A DNA stretch of 64,000 nt from Eledone cirrhosa (taxonomy: Eukaryota): NCBI GenBank assembly GCA_964016885.1, contig OZ024741.1, positions 261,640,001 through 261,704,000 on the forward strand, in the 5' to 3' direction. A program made the position numbers and the translations under genes. The notes beneath the pieces were generated by a model that ran no database searches, had not been told where the DNA came from, and saw nothing but the letters and a program-made list of their open reading frames with translations. Below, piece by piece: positions 14,501 to 29,199 of this stretch (position 1 is the stretch's first letter; every line of letters starts with the position of its first letter).

Positions 14501-17500
14501 GACTTACGAGTGTTGCGACTTACGAGTGTTTCGGCTATGAGTGTTTTGACTTACGTGTGTTTCGACTTACGGGTGTTTCGACTTACGAGTGTTTCGACTT
14601 ACGTGTGTTTCCGCTTACGAGTGTTTCGGCTTACGAGTGTTTCGAATTACGAGTGTTTTGGCTTACGAATGTTTTGACTTACGGGTGTTTCGGTGTACGA
14701 GTGTTTCGACTTAAGGATGTTTCGACTTACGAGTGTTTCGACTTACGAGTGTTTCGAGTTACGAGTGTTTCGACTTACGATTGTTTTGGCTTACGAATGT
14801 TTTGACTTACGGGTGTTTCGACTTACGGGTGTTTCGGCTTACGAGTGTTTCGACTTACGAGTGTTTTGACTTACGAGTGTTCTGGCTTACGAGTGTTCTG
14901 ACTTACGAGTGTTCCGACTTACGAGTGTTTCGGCTTACGAGTGTTTCGGCTTACGAGTGTTTCGGCTTATGAGTGTTTTGACTTACGAGTGTTCTGACTA
15001 CGAGTGTTCTGACTTACGGGTGTTCTGACTTACGAGTGTTCCGACTTACGAGTGTTTCGGCTAATGAGTGTTTCGACTTACGGGCGTTTCGACTTACGGG
15101 TGTTTCGACTTACGAGTGTTTCGACTTACGGGTGTTTCGACTTACGAGTGTTTTGAATTACGATTGTTTCGGCTTACGAGTGTTTCGACTTACGAGTATT
15201 TCGACTTACGAGTTTTTTTACTTACGGTGTTTCGGCTTACGAGTGTTTCGACTTATGAGTGTTCTGATTTACGGATGTTTCGACATACGAGTGTTTCGAC
15301 TTACGGTGTTTCGACTTACGAGTGTTTCGACTTACGAGTGTTTCGACTTACGGGTGTTTCGACTTACGAGTGTTTCGACTTACGAGTGTTTCGACATACG
15401 GGTGTTTCGGCTTACGAGTGTTTCGACTTACGAGTGTTCTGACTTACGAGTGTTCCGGCTTACGAGTTTTTCGACTTACGAGTGTTTCGACTTACGAGTG
15501 TTTCGGCTTACAAGTGTTTCGGCTTACGAGTGGTTTGACTTACGAGTGTTCTGACTACGAGTGTTCTGTCTTACGAGTGTTTCGACTTACGAGTGTTTCG
15601 GCTTATGAGTGTTTCGACTTACGAGTGTTTCGGCTTACGAGTGTTTCGACTTACGAGTGTTTCGACTTACGGGTGTTTCGACTTACGAGTGTTTCGACTA
15701 CGAGTGTTCCGACTTACGAGTGTTTCGGCTTACGAGTGTTTCGGCTTAAGAGTGTTTCGACTTACGAGTGTTTCGACTTACGAGTGTTTCGACTTATGAG
15801 TGTTTTGACTTACGGTGTTTCGGCTTACGAGTGTTTCGACTTACGAGTGTTTTGACTTACTGGTGTTTTGACATACGAGTGTTTCGATACGAGTGTTTCG
15901 TCTTACGAGTGTTCTGACTTACGAGTGTTCTGACTTACGAGTGTTCTGACTTACGAGTGTTCTAACTTACGAGTGTTCTGACTTACGAGTGTTCTGACTT
16001 ACGAGTGTTCCGACTTACGAGTGTTTCGGCTCACGAGTGTTTCGGCTTACGAGTGTTTCGACTTACGAAAATAACAAATAGACGCGGTTTCAAATCTCTA
16101 TGCTTTTCAAATTCAGTACATTAATCTTTATTTATACGTTTCGCTTTACGAGTGTTTCGACTTACGAGTGTTTCGACTTACGAGTGTTTCGGCTTACGAG
16201 TGTTTTGACTTACGAGTGTTTTGACTTACATGTGTTTCGACTTACGCGTGTTTCGACTTACGAGTGTTTCGACTTGCGAGTGTTTCGACTACGGGTGTTT
16301 CGACTTACGAATGTTTTGACTTACGGATGTTTTGACTTACGGGTGTTTCGGCTAACGAGTGTTTCGACTTACGAGTGTTCTGACTACGAGTGTTCTGACT
16401 TACGGGTGTTCTGACTTACGAGTGTTCCGACTTACGAGTGTTTCGGCTTTCGAGTGTTTCGGCTTACGAGTGTTTCGGGTTACGAGTGTTTCGACTTACG
16501 AATGTTTTCGCTTACGAGTGTTTCCGCTTACGAGTGTTTCGACTTACGAGTGTTTCGACTTACGAGTGTTTTGACTTACGGTTTTTCGGCTTGCGAGTGT
16601 TTCGACATACGAGTGTTTTGACTTACGGGCGTTTCGACTTACGGGTGTTTCGACTTACGAGTGTTTCCACTTACGAGTGTTCTGACTTACGAGTGTTCTG
16701 ACTTGCGAGTGTTCCGACTTACGAGTGTTTCGGCTTACGAGTGTTTCGACATACGAGTGTTTTGACTTACGGATGTTTCAACTTACGGGTGTTTCGACTT
16801 ACGAGTGTTTCGACTTACGAGTGTTCTGACTACGAGTGTTCTGACTTACGGGTGCTCTGACTTACGAGTGTTTCGACTTACGAGTGTTTCGACTTACGAG
16901 TGTTTCGGCTTACGAGTGTTTCGACTTACGAGTGTTTTGACTTACGAATGTTTTGCCTTACGGGTGTTCCGGTTTACGAGTGTTTCGACTTACGAGTATT
17001 CTGACTTACGAGTGTTCCGACTTACGGGTGTTTCGACTTACGAGTGTTTCGACATACGAGTGTTCCGACCTATGAGGGTTTCGGCTTACTGGTGTTCCGA
17101 CTTACGAGTATTTTCGGCTGACGAGTGTTTCGAGTTACGAGTGTTTTGACTTACGATTGTTTCGGCTTACGAGTGTTTCGGCTTACGAGTGTTTTGATTT
17201 ACGAGTGTTTTGACTTACGGGTGTTTCGACTTACGCGTGTTTCGACTTACGAGTGTTTCGACTTACGAGTGTTTCGGCTTATGAGTGTTTCGAATTACGA
17301 GTGTTTTGACTTACGGGTGTTTTGACATACGAGTGTTTCGGTACGAGTGTTCTGACTTACGAGTGTTCTGACTTACGAGTGTTCTGACTAACGGGTGTTC
17401 TGACTTACGAGTGTTGCGACTTACGAGTGTTTCGGCTATGAGTGTTTTGACTTACGTGTGTTTCGACTTACGGGTGTTTCGACTTACGAGTGTTTCGACT

Positions 17501-20500
17501 TACGTGTGTTTCCGCTTACGAGTGTTTCGGCTTACGAGTGTTTCGAATTACGAGTGTTTTGGCTTACGAATGTTTTGACTTACGGGTGTTTCGGTGTACG
17601 AGTGTTTCGACTTAAGGATGTTTCGACTTACGAGTGTTTTGACTTACGAGTGTTCTGACTTACGAGTGTTCTGACTTACGAGTGTTCCGACTTACGAGTG
17701 TTCCGACTTACGAGTGTTTCGGCTTACGAGTGTTTCGGCTTACGAGTGTTTCGGCTTATGAGTGTTTTGACTTACGAGTGTTCTGACTACGAGTGTTCTG
17801 ACTTACGGGTGTTCTGACTTACGAGTGTTCCGACTTACGAGTGTTTCGGCTAATGAGTGTTTCGACTTACGGGCGTTTCGACTTACGGGTGTTTCGACTT
17901 ACGAGTGTTTCGACTTACGGGTGTTTCGACTTACGAGTGTTTTGAATTACGATTGTTTCGGCTTACGAGTGTTTCGACTTACGAGTATTTCGACTTACGA
18001 GTTTTTTTACTTACGGTGTTTCGGCTTACGAGTGTTTCGACTTATGAGTGTTCTGATTTACGGATGTTTCGACATACGAGTGTTTTGACTTACGGTGTTT
18101 CGGCTTACGAGTGTTTCGACTTACGAGTGTTTCGACTTACGGGTGTTTCGACTTACGAGTGTTTCGACTTACGAGTGTTTCGACTTACGGGTGTTTCGGC
18201 TTACGAGTGTTTCGACTTACGAGTGTTCTGACTTACGAGTGTTCCGGCTTACGATTTTTTCGACTTACGAGTGTTTCGACTTACGAGTGTTTCGGCTTAC
18301 AAGTGTTTCGGCTTACGAGTGGTTTGACTTACGAGTGTTCTGACTACGAGTGTTCTGTCTTACGAGTGTTTCGACTTACGAGTGTTTCGGCTTATGAGTG
18401 TTTCGACTTACGAGTGTTTCGGCTTACGAGTGTTTCGACTTACGAGTGTTTCGACTTACGGGTGTTTCGACTTACGAGTGTTTCGACTACGAGTGTTTCG
18501 ACTTATGGGTGTTTCGACTTACGAGTGTTTTTACTTACGGTGTTTCGGCTTACGAGTGTTTCGACATACGAGTGTTTTGACTTACGGGTGTTTCGACTTA
18601 CGAGTGTTTCGACTTACGAATGTTTTCACTTACGGGTGTTTCGGCTTACGAGTGTTTCGATTTATGAGTGTTTCGGCTTACGAGTGTTTCGACTTACTAA
18701 TGTTTTTACTTACGAGTGTTTCGGCGTACGAGAGTTTTGACTTACGAGTGTTTCTACTTACGAGTGTTTCGACTTACGAGTGTTTTGACTTACGAATGTT
18801 TTGACTTACGGGTGTTTCGGCTTACGAGTGTTTCGACTTACGAGTCTTTCGGCTTACGAGTGTTTCGACTTACCAATGTTTTTACTTACGAGTGTTTCGG
18901 CGTACGAGTGTTTCGACTTACGAGTGTTTCGACTTACGGGTGTTTTGACTTACGGGTGTTTCGGCTTACGAGTATTTTTGGCTTACGAGTGTTTCGACTT
19001 ACGAGTGTTTTGACTTACGAGTGTTCTAATTTACGGATGTTTCGACATACGAGTGTTTTGACTTGCGAGTGTTTCGACTTACGACTGTTTCGACTTACGA
19101 GTGTTTCGGCTTACGAGTGGTTTGACTTACGAGTGTTCTGACTACGAGTGTTTTGACTTACGAGTGTTTCGGCTTATGAGTGTTTCGACTTACGAGTGTT
19201 TCGGCTTATGAGTGTTTCGACTTACGAGTGTTTCGGTTTACGAGTGTTTCGACTTACGAGTGTTTCGACTTACGGGTGTTTCGACTTACGAGTGTTTCGA
19301 CTACGAGTGTTTCGACTTACGAGTGTTTCGGCTTACGAGTGTTTCGACATACGGGTGTTTCGACTTACGATGTTTCGGCTTACGAGTGTTTCGACTTACG
19401 AGTGTTCTGACTTACGAGTGTTCTAATTTACGGATGTTTCGACATACGAGTGTTTTGACTTACGAGTGTTTCGACTTACGAGTGTTTCGACTTACGAGTG
19501 TTCCGACTTACGAGTGTTTCGGCTTACGAGTGTTTCGGCTTACGAGTGTTTCGACTTACGAGTGTTTCGACTTACGAGTGTTTCGACTTACGAGTGTTTC
19601 GACTTACGAGTGTTTTGAGATACGGTGTTTCGGCTTACGAGTGTTTCGACTTACGAGTGTTTCGACTTACGAGTGTTTTGATATACGGTGTTTCGGCTTA
19701 CGAGTGTTTCGACATACGAGTGTTTTGACTTACGGGTGTTTCGACTTTCGGGTGTTTCGACTTAAGAGTGTTTCGACTTACGAGCGCTTCGACTTACGAG
19801 TGTTCTGACTTACCAGTGTTCCGACTTACGAGTGTTTCTGCTTACGAGTGTTTCGACTTACGAGTGTTTCGACTTACGAGTGTTTCGGCGTACGAGTGTT
19901 TTGACTTACGAGTGTTTCGACTTACGAGTGTTTTGACTTACGAGTGCTTTGACTTACGAATGTTTTGACTTACTTCGACTTACGAGTGATCTGACTTACG
20001 AGTGTTCCTACTTACGAGTGTTTCGACTTACGAGTGTTTCGACTTGCGAGTGTTTCGACTTACGAGTGTTTCGACTTACGAGTGTTCTGACTTACGAGTG
20101 TTCTGACTTACGAGTGTTCCGACTTACGAGTGTTTCGGCTTACGAGTGTTTCGACTTACGAGTGCTGCGGCTTACGAGTGTTTCGACTTACGAGTGTTCT
20201 GACTTACGAGTGTTCTGACTTACGAATGTTCCGACTTACGAGTCTTTCGACTTACGAATGTTTTGGCTTACGAGTGTTTCGGCTTATGAGTGTTTCGACT
20301 TACGAGTGTTTCGACATACGAGTGTTTTGACTTACGGATGTTTCGACTTACGGGTGTTTCGACTTAAGAGTGTTTCGACTTCCGAGCGCTTCGACTCACG
20401 AGTGTTCTGACTTACGAGTGTTCCGACTTACGAGTGTTTCGGCTTACGAGTGTTTCGACTTACGAGTGTTCCGGCTTACGCGTGTTTCGACTTACGAGTG

Positions 20501-21392
20501 TTTCGGCTTATGAGTGTTTCGACTTACGAGTGCTTCGGCTTACGAGTGTTTCGACTTACGAGTGTTTCGGCTTACGAGTGTTTCGACTTACGAATGTTTT
20601 GGCTTACGAGTGTTTCGGCTTAGAGTGTTTCGACTTACGGGTGTTTCGACTTACGGGTGTTCCGACTTAAGAGTGATTCGACTTACGAGCGCTTCGACTT
20701 ACGAGTGTTCCGACTTACGAGTATTTCTGCTTACGAGTGTTTCGACTTACGAATGTTTCGACTTACGAGTGTTTTGACTTACGGTTGTTTCGGCTTACGA
20801 CTGTTTCGACTTACGAGTGTTTCGGCTTACGAATGTTTTGACTTACGAGTATTTCGGCTTACAAGTGTTTCGACGTACGACTGTTTTGACTTACGGTTGT
20901 TTCGGCTTACGACTGTTTCGACTTACGAGTGTTTCGGCTTACGAGTGTTTCGGCTTACGAGTGTTTCGACTTACGAGTGTTTGGGCTTACGAGTGTTTCA
21001 GTGTTTCGGCTTACGTGTGTTTCGACTTACGAGTGTTTCGATTTACGTGTGTTTCGGCTTACGAGTGTTTCGGCTTACGAGTGTTTCGGCTTATTATATA
21101 TAAACGTTTCTATTTCCATCGTTTTATCGTAAACGTTTATATATTTCCATCGTTATATCATAACGTTTATATTTCCGTCACTAATCTCTTTTTCTCCTTT
21201 TTCGTTTTAACATATATTTATTTCAAAGATTTCACCGTATAGATAACATATATATTTATACATGCATAAAAGACACACTGAGAGACGGTGAACATGTGGT
21301 GCCAAAAACATTTCTAATCCAAATCTCAACAATATCAGTATATACACTAGATTTGCTAGCAGAAAACCGCCCACCGGGTGGTTTTCTGCTAG
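11571..21392 (+). mobile_element. Non-autonomous Helitron-like unit 2 (9822 bp)
   Basis: Starts TCTATATATATATAAAACTG directly after the previous CTAG and ends in the same hairpin plus CTAG at 21392. Confidence 0.78.
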
Positions 21393-24300
21393 TCTATATA
21401 TATAAAACTGAGGATGTCTGTCTGTGTGTGAGTTTGAATCCCTAAAACTCGAGAACCACCCAACCGACTGTTTTCAAACTTTACACATGTAATACTTACG
21501 TTTCAGGGAGTGTTCTGAGCAAACAATATTTCAAATTTTCAATGCCCTAGGGACCACATTAGGCGATTTAGCGATCTCTCTCTATAATTCTTAGTCTTTC
21601 TCTTTTTAGATAGATACATACATATAACGTCGTGCCCTTATAATATCTGTCTGTATGTCTGGCTGTCTGCATTACGTCACTTCCCTGAGGATGTCTGTCT
21701 GTGTGTGTGTCTGTGAGTTTGAATCCCTAAAATGCGAGAAGTACCCAACCGATTTTTTTCAAACTTTACATGTGTATTACTTATGTTTCAGGGAGTGTTT
21801 GTTATGCACATAAAATTCAACCTTTTGATCTGGTGTTTCGACTTACGAGTGTTACGAGTGTTCTGACTACGAGTGTTTCGACTTACGAGTGTTCTGACCT
21901 ACGAGTGTTCTGACTTACGAGTTTTTCGACTTACGAGTGTTTTGACTTACGGGTGTTTCGACTTGCGAGTGTTTCGAGTTACGAGTGTTTCGAGTTACGA
22001 GTGTTTCTACTTACGAGTATTTTGACTTACGAATGTTCTGACTTACGGGTGTTTCGGCTTCCGAGTGTTTCGACTTACGAGTGTTATAACTTGCGGGTGT
22101 TTCGACTTACGCGTGTTTTGACTTACGGGCGTTTCGACTTAGGAGTGTTTCGACTACGAATGTTCCGACATACGAGTGTTTCGACTTACGAGTGTTTCGA
22201 CTTACGAGTGTTCTGACTTACGAGTGTTCCGACTTACGAGTGTTTCGGCTACGATTGTTTCGACTTACGAGTGTTTCGGTTTACGAGTGTTTCGACTTAC
22301 GAGTGTTTCGACTTACGAGTGTTCCGACTTACGAGTGTTACGACTTACGAGTGTTCCGACTTACTAGTGTTTCGGCTTACGAGTGTTTCGACTTACGGGT
22401 GTTTCGGCTTACGAGTGTTTCGACTTACGAGTGTTTCGACTTACGAGTGTTTTGACATACGGTGTTTCGGCTTACGAGCGTTTCGACATACGAGTGTTTT
22501 GACTTACGGGTGTTTCGACTTAAGAGTTTATCGACTTACGAGCGCTTCGACTTACGAGTGTTCTGACTTACGAGTGTTCCGTCTTACGAGTGTTTCTGCT
22601 TACGAGTGTTTCGACTTACGAGTGTTTCGACTTACGAGTGTTTCGACTTACGAATGTTTCGACTTACGGGTGTTTCGGCTTACGAGTGTTTCGACTTACG
22701 AGTGTTTCGACTTACGAATGTTTCGACTTACGGGTGTTTCGGCTTACAAGTGTTTCGACTTACGAGTGTTCTGACTTACGAGTGTTCTGACTTACGAGTG
22801 TTCCGGCTTACGAGTTTTTCGACTTACGAGTGTTTCGACTTACGAGTGTTTCGACTTACGAGTGTTTCGGCTTACGAGTGGTTTGACTTACGAGTGTTCT
22901 GACTACGAGTGTTCTGACTTACGAGTGTTTCGGCTTATGAGTGTTTCGACTTACGAGTGTTTCGGTTTATGAGTGTTTCGACTCACGAGTGTTTCGGCTT
23001 ACGAGTGTTTCGACTTACGAGTGTTTCGACTTACGGGTGTTTCGACTTACGAGTGTTTCGACTACGAGTGTTTCGACTTACGAGTGTTTCGGCTTACGAG
23101 TGTTTCGACATACGGGTGTTTCGACTTACGGTGTTTCGGCTTACGAGTGTTTCGACTTACGAGTGTTCTGACTTATGAGTGTTCTGACTTACGAGTGTTC
23201 CGACTTACGAGTGTTTCGGCTTACGAGTGTTTCGGCTTACGAGTGTTTCGACTTACGAGTGTTTCGACTTACGAGTGTTTCGACTTACGAGTGTTTCGAC
23301 TTATGAGTGTTTTGACTTACGGTGTTTTGACATACGAGTGTTTCGATACGAGTGTTTCGACTTACGAGTGTTCTGACTTACGAGTGTTCTGACTTACGAG
23401 TGTTCTGACTTACGAGTGTTCTAACTTACGAGTGTTCTGACTTACGAGTGTTCTGACTTACGAGTGTTCCGACTTACGAGTGTTTCGGCTCACGAGTGTT
23501 TCGGCTTACGAGTGTTTCGACTTACGAAAATAACAAATAGACGCGGTTTCAAATCTCTATGCTTTTCAAATTCATTACATTAATCTTTATTTATACGTTT
23601 CGCTTTACGAGTGTTTCGACTTACGAGTGTTTCGACTTACGAGTGTTTCGGCTTACGAGTGTTTTGACTTACGAGTGTTTTGACTTACATGTGTTTCGAC
23701 TTACGCGTGTTTCGACTTACGAGTGTTTCGACTTGCGAGTGTTTCGACTACGGGTGTTTCGACTTACGAAATGTTTTGACTTACGGATGTTTTGACTTAC
23801 GGGTGTTTCGGCTTACGAGTGTTTCGACTTACGAGTGTTTTGACATACGGTGTTTCGGCTTACGAGCGTTTCGACATACGAGTGTTTTGACTTACGGGTG
23901 TTTCGACTTACGGGTGTTTCGACTTAAGAGTGTTTCGACTTACGAGCGCTTCGACTTACGAGTGTTCTGACTTGCGAGTGTTCCGACTTACGAGTGTTTC
24001 GGCTTACGAGTGTTTCGACATACGAGTGTTTTGACTTACGGATGTTTCAACTTACGGGTGTTTCGACTTACGAGTGGTTTGACTTACGAGTGTTCTGACT
24101 ACGAGTGTTCTGTCTTACGAGTGTTTCGACTTACGAGTGTTTCGGCTTATGAGTGTTTCGACTTACGAGTGTTTCGGCTTACGAGTGTTTCGACTTACGA
24201 GTGTTTCGACTTACGGGTGTTTCGACTTACGAGTGTTTCGACTACGAGTGTTTCGACTTACGAGTGTTTCGGCTTACGAGTGTTTCGACTTATGGGTGTT

Positions 24301-27300
24301 TCGACTTACGAGTGTTTTTGCTTACGGTGTTTCGGCTTACGAGTGTTTCGACATACGAGTGTTTTGACTTACGGGTGTTTCGACTTACGAGTGTTTCGAC
24401 TTACGAATGTTTTGACTTACGGTTGTTTCGGCTTACGAGTGTTTCGATTTATGAGTGTTTCGGCTTACGAGTGTTTCGACTTACTAATGTTTTTACTTAC
24501 GAGTGTTTCGGCGTACGAGAGTTTTGACTTACGAGTGTTTCTACTTACGAGTGTTTCGACTTACGAGTGTTTTGACTTACGAATGTTTTGACTTACGGGT
24601 GTTTCGGTTTACGAGTGTTTCGACTTACGAGTCTTTCGGCTTACGAGTGTTTCGACTTACTAATGTTTTTACTTACGAGTGTTTCGGCGTACGAGTGTTT
24701 CGACTTACGAGTGTTTCGACTTACGGGTGTTTTGACTTACGGGTGTTTCGGCTTACGAGTGTTTCGACTTACGAGTGTTTTGACTTAAGGGTGTTTCGAC
24801 TTACGAGTATTTTTGGCTTACGAGTGTTTCGACTTACGAGTGTTTTGACTTACGAGTGTTCTAATTTACGGATGTTTCGACATACGAGTGTTTTGACTTA
24901 CGAGTGTTTCGACTTACGAGTGTTTCGACTTACGAGTGTTTCGGCTTACGAGTGGTTTGACTTACGAGTGTTCTGACTACGAGTGTTTTGACTTACGAGT
25001 GTTTCGGCTTATGAGTGTTTCGACTTACGAGTGTTTCGGCTTATGAGTGTTTCGACTTACGAGTGTTTCGGTTTACGAGTGTTTCGACTTACGAGTGTTT
25101 CGACTTACGGGTGTTTCGACTTACGAGTGTTTTGACTACGAGTGTTTCGACTTACGAGTGTTTCGGCTTACGAGTGTTTCGACATACGGGTGTTTCGACT
25201 TACGATGTTTCGGCTTACGAGTGTTTCGACTTACGAGTGTTCTGACTTACGAGTGTTCTGACTTATGAGTGTTCTGACTTACGAGTGTTCCGACTTACGA
25301 GCGTTTCGGCTTACGAGTGTTTCGGCTTACGAGTGTTTCGACTTACGAGTGTTTCGACTTACGAGTGTTTCGACTTACGAGTGTTTCGACTTACGAGTGT
25401 TTTGACTTACGGTGTTTCGGCTTACGAGTGTTTCGACTTACGAGTGTTTCGACTTACGAGTGTTTTGACATACGGTGTTTCGGCTTACGAGTGTTTCGAC
25501 ATACGAGTGTTTTGACTTACGCGTGTTTCGACTTACGAGTGTTTCGACTTAAGAGTGTTTCGACTTACGAGCGCTTCGACTTACGAGTGTTCTGACTTAC
25601 GAGTGTTCCGACTTACGAGTGTTTCTGCTTACGAGTGTTTCGACTTACGAGTGTTTCGACTTACGAGTGTTTCGGCGTACGAGTGTTTTGACTTACGAGT
25701 GTTTCGACTTACGAGTGTTTCGACTTACGAGTGCTTTGACTTACGAATGTTTTGACTTACTTCGACTTACGAGTGATCTGACTTACGAGTGTTCCTACTT
25801 ACGAGTGTTTCGACTTACGAGTATTTCAACTTGCGAGTGTTTCGACTTACGAGTGTTTCGACTTACGAGTGTTCTGACTTACGAGTGTTCTGACTTACGA
25901 GTGTTACGACTTACGAGTGTTTCGGCTTACGAGTGTTTCGACTTACGAGTGTTCCGGCTTACACGTGTTTCGACTTACGAGTGTTTCGGCTTATGAGTGT
26001 TTCGACTTGCGAGTGTTTCGACTTACGAGTGTTTCGACTTACGAGTGTTCTGACTTACGAGTGTTCTGACTGACGAGTGTTCCGACTTACGAGTGTTTCG
26101 GCTTACGAGTCTTTCGACTTACGAATGTTTTGGCTTACGAGTGTTTCGGCTTATGAGTGTTTCGACTTACGAGTGTTTCGACTTACGAGTGTTTTGACTT
26201 ACGGTTGTTTCGGCTTACGACTGTTTCGACTTACGAGTGTTTCGGCTTACGAATGTTTTGACTTACGAGTATTTCGGCTTACAAGTGTTTCGACTTACGA
26301 CTGTTTTGACTTACGAGTGTTTCGACTTACGAGTGTTTCGACTTACGAGTGTTTCGACTTACGAGTGTTTCGACTTACGAGTGTTCTGACCTACGAGTGT
26401 TCTGACTTACGAGTGTTTCGACTTACGAATGTTTTGACTTACGGGTGTTTCGACTTACGAGTGTTTCGAGTTACGAGTGTTTCGAGTTACGAGTGTTTCG
26501 ACTTACGAGTGTTTTTACTTACGAATGTTCTGACTTACGGGTGTTTCGGCTTACGAGTGTTTCGACTTACGAGTGTTTTAACTTACGGGTGTTTCTACTT
26601 ACGCGTGTTTCGACTTGCAAGTGTTTCGACTTATGAGTGTTTCGACTTGCAAGTGTTTCGACTACGAATGTTCCGACTTACGAGTGTTTCGACTTACAAG
26701 TGTTTCGACTTACGAGTGTTCTGACTTACGGGTGTTCCGACTTACGAGTGTTTCGGCTTACGATTGTTTTGACTTACGATTGTTTTGGCTACGAATGTTT
26801 CGACTTACGAGTGATTCGACTTACGAGTGTTTTGACTTACGGTGTTTCGGCTTACGAGTGTTTCGACTTACGAGTGTTTTGACTTACGGGTGTTTTGACA
26901 TACGAGTGTTTCGATACGAGTGTTCTGACTTACGAGTGTTCTGACTTACGAGTGTTCTGACTTACGAGTGTTCTGACTTACGGGTGTTCTGACTTACGAG
27001 TGTTCCGACTTACGAGTGTTTCGGCTTATGAGGGTTTCGACTTACGAGTGCTTCGGCTTACGAGTGTTTCGACCTACGAGTGTTTCGGCTTACGAGTGTT
27101 TCGACTTACGAATGTTTTGGCTTACGAGTGTTTTGGCTTACGAGTGTTTCGAATTACGAGTGTTTCGACTTACGAGTGTTTTGACTTACGGTGTTTCGGC
27201 TTACGAGTGTTTCGACTTACGAATGTTTTAACTTACGGGTGTTTCGACTTACGCGTGTTTCGACTTACGAATGTTCCGACTTACGAGTGTTTCGACTTAC

Positions 27301-27859
27301 GAGTGTTTCGGCTTATGAGTGTTTCGACTTACGAGTGCTTCGGCTTACGAGTGTTTCGACTTACGAGTGTTTCGGCTTACGAGTGTTTCGACGTACGAAT
27401 GTTTTGGCTTACGAGTGTTTCGGCTTATGAGTGTTTCGACTTACGAGTGTTTCGGCTTACGAGTGTTTCAGTGTTTCGGCTTACGTGTGTTTCGACTTAC
27501 GAGTGTTTCGACTTACGAGTGTTTCGGCTTACGAGTGTTTCGGCTTACGAGTGTTTCGGCTTATATATAAACGTTTCTATTTCCATCGTTTTATCGTAAA
27601 CGTTTATATATTTCCATCGTTATATCATAACGTTTATATTTCCGTCACTAATCTCTTTTTCTCCTTTTCCGTTTTAATATATATTTATTTCAAAGATTTC
27701 ACCGTATAGATAACATATATATTTATACATGCATAAAAGACACACCGAGAAACGGTGAAAATGTGGTGCCAAAAACATTTCTCATCCAAATCTCAACAAT
27801 ATCAGTATATACACTAGATTTGCTAGCAGAAAACCGCCCACCGGGTGGTTTTCTGCTAT
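21393..27859 (+). mobile_element. Non-autonomous Helitron-like unit 3 (6467 bp; terminal CTAG mutated to CTAT)
   Basis: Same 5' TC leader and 3' trailer/hairpin; carries one copy of the 78-bp insert. Confidence 0.75.
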
Positions 27860-28605
27860 TCTATATATATAAAACTGAGGATGTCTGTCTGTGTGTGAGT
27901 TTGAATCCCTAAAACTCGAGAACCACCCAACCGACTGTTTTCAAACTTTACACATGTAATACTTATGTTTCAGGGAGTGTTCTGAGCAAAAAATATTTCA
28001 AAATTTCAATGGCGTAGGGACAACATTAGGCGATTTAGCGATCTCTCTCTATAATTCTTAGTCTTTCTCTTTTTAGATAGATACATACATATAACGTCGT
28101 GCCCTTATAATATCTGTCTGTATGTCTGGCTGTCTGCATTACGTCACTTCCCTGAGGATGTCTGTGTGTGTGTGTGTGTCTGTGAGTTTGAATCCCTAAA
28201 ATGCGAGAAGTACCCAACCGATTTTTTTCAAACTTTACATGTGTATTACTTATGTTTCAGGGAGTGTTTGTTATGCACATAAAATTCAACCTTTTGATCT
28301 GGTGTTTTGAATTACGAGTGTTTCGATACGAGTGTTTCGACTTACGAGTGTTCTGACTTACGAGTGTTCTGACTTACGAGCGTTCTGACTTACGAGTGTT
28401 CCGACTTACGAGTGTTTCGGCTTACGAGTGTTTCGACTAACGAGTGTTTCGGCTTACGAGTGTTTCGACTTACGAGTGTTCTGACTTACGAGTGTTCCGA
28501 CTTACGAGCGTTCCGACTTACGAGTGTTTCGACTTACGAGTGTTAAGACTTACGGGTGTTTTGACATACGAGTGTTTCGATACGAGTGTTTCGACTTACG
28601 AGTGT
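27860..28605 (+). mobile_element. Helitron-like unit 4, 3'-truncated (leader plus ~300 bp satellite)
   Basis: TCTATATATATAAAACTG leader, then satellite 28301-28605, then unrelated sequence. Confidence 0.7.
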
Positions 28606-28689
28606 AAAGTTCATATCTGTTGCACCAAGAGTAAATATATAAATACATAAACGGAGAAAGCTAATAGCGATACTCCGGCCAAATTCCAA

Positions 28690-28980
28690 CTCACTCAACA
28701 AACATTAGGAAATATCTGAGTATATGCCGCAGAAGTCTCTCACCACTATATTGTAAGAGTTCTGCATGTATGCCATCCATACCTGGATACCTTCCACTGT
28801 TCAGCTTCGAGATAGCTACTGCAACCTCCCCAAACTTCGGTGGTTCTGCGAGAACTACTTCCACAGGTTTTTCAGGAATGAGATTGAGGAAATCTTCATT
28901 GACGACCGACGGCTGATTCAAAAGTTCATCAAAGTGCTCTCGCCACCTTCACAGAATTCTTTGACGGAGCTTTAGATCAG
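28690..28980 (-). mobile_element. RTE-type LINE fragment (pre-RT linker)
   Basis: WREHFDELLNQP...EVAVAISKLNSGRYPGMDGIHAELLQ. Confidence 0.75.
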
Positions 28981-29199
28981 ACAACACACACTATATTTTT
29001 CGGCGGATAAGTTTTGATTAATTTCTGTATTCTCAAACATCCAAATTTGACAAAATGTTTGCCACACTAGACTCTGCAAATAACCTGACAGAAGTTGTGA
29101 AAGTTAGATAAATAATATTTTTATATATTTTCCCAATGCAATCGTTGTTTAAATACATACATGCATGATGGCTGCAAACTCTGCCAAGAGTATTGCAAT

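Larger units (their letters stand above)
161..28605. repeat. 16-bp satellite, consensus GAGTGTTTCGACTTAC, interrupted by three ~740-bp Helitron-end spacers and six ~78-bp AT-rich inserts
   Basis: Directly visible 16-nt periodicity with common variants TTCGGC, TTTGAC, TCTGAC, TCCGAC, TACGG and TATGA. Confidence 0.98.

Noticed and set aside
161-28605. CRISPR-like array or telomeric repeat
   Set aside because: No unique spacers and no cas genes; eukaryotic context; the monomer is not TTAGGG-like and the array is interstitial.
192-28650. Well over 100 short + strand ORFs (MFRLTSVSTYECFDLRVF...)
   Set aside because: They are translations of a stop-free 16-bp monomer. The many 15-bp indel monomers and TGA variants show no coding constraint.
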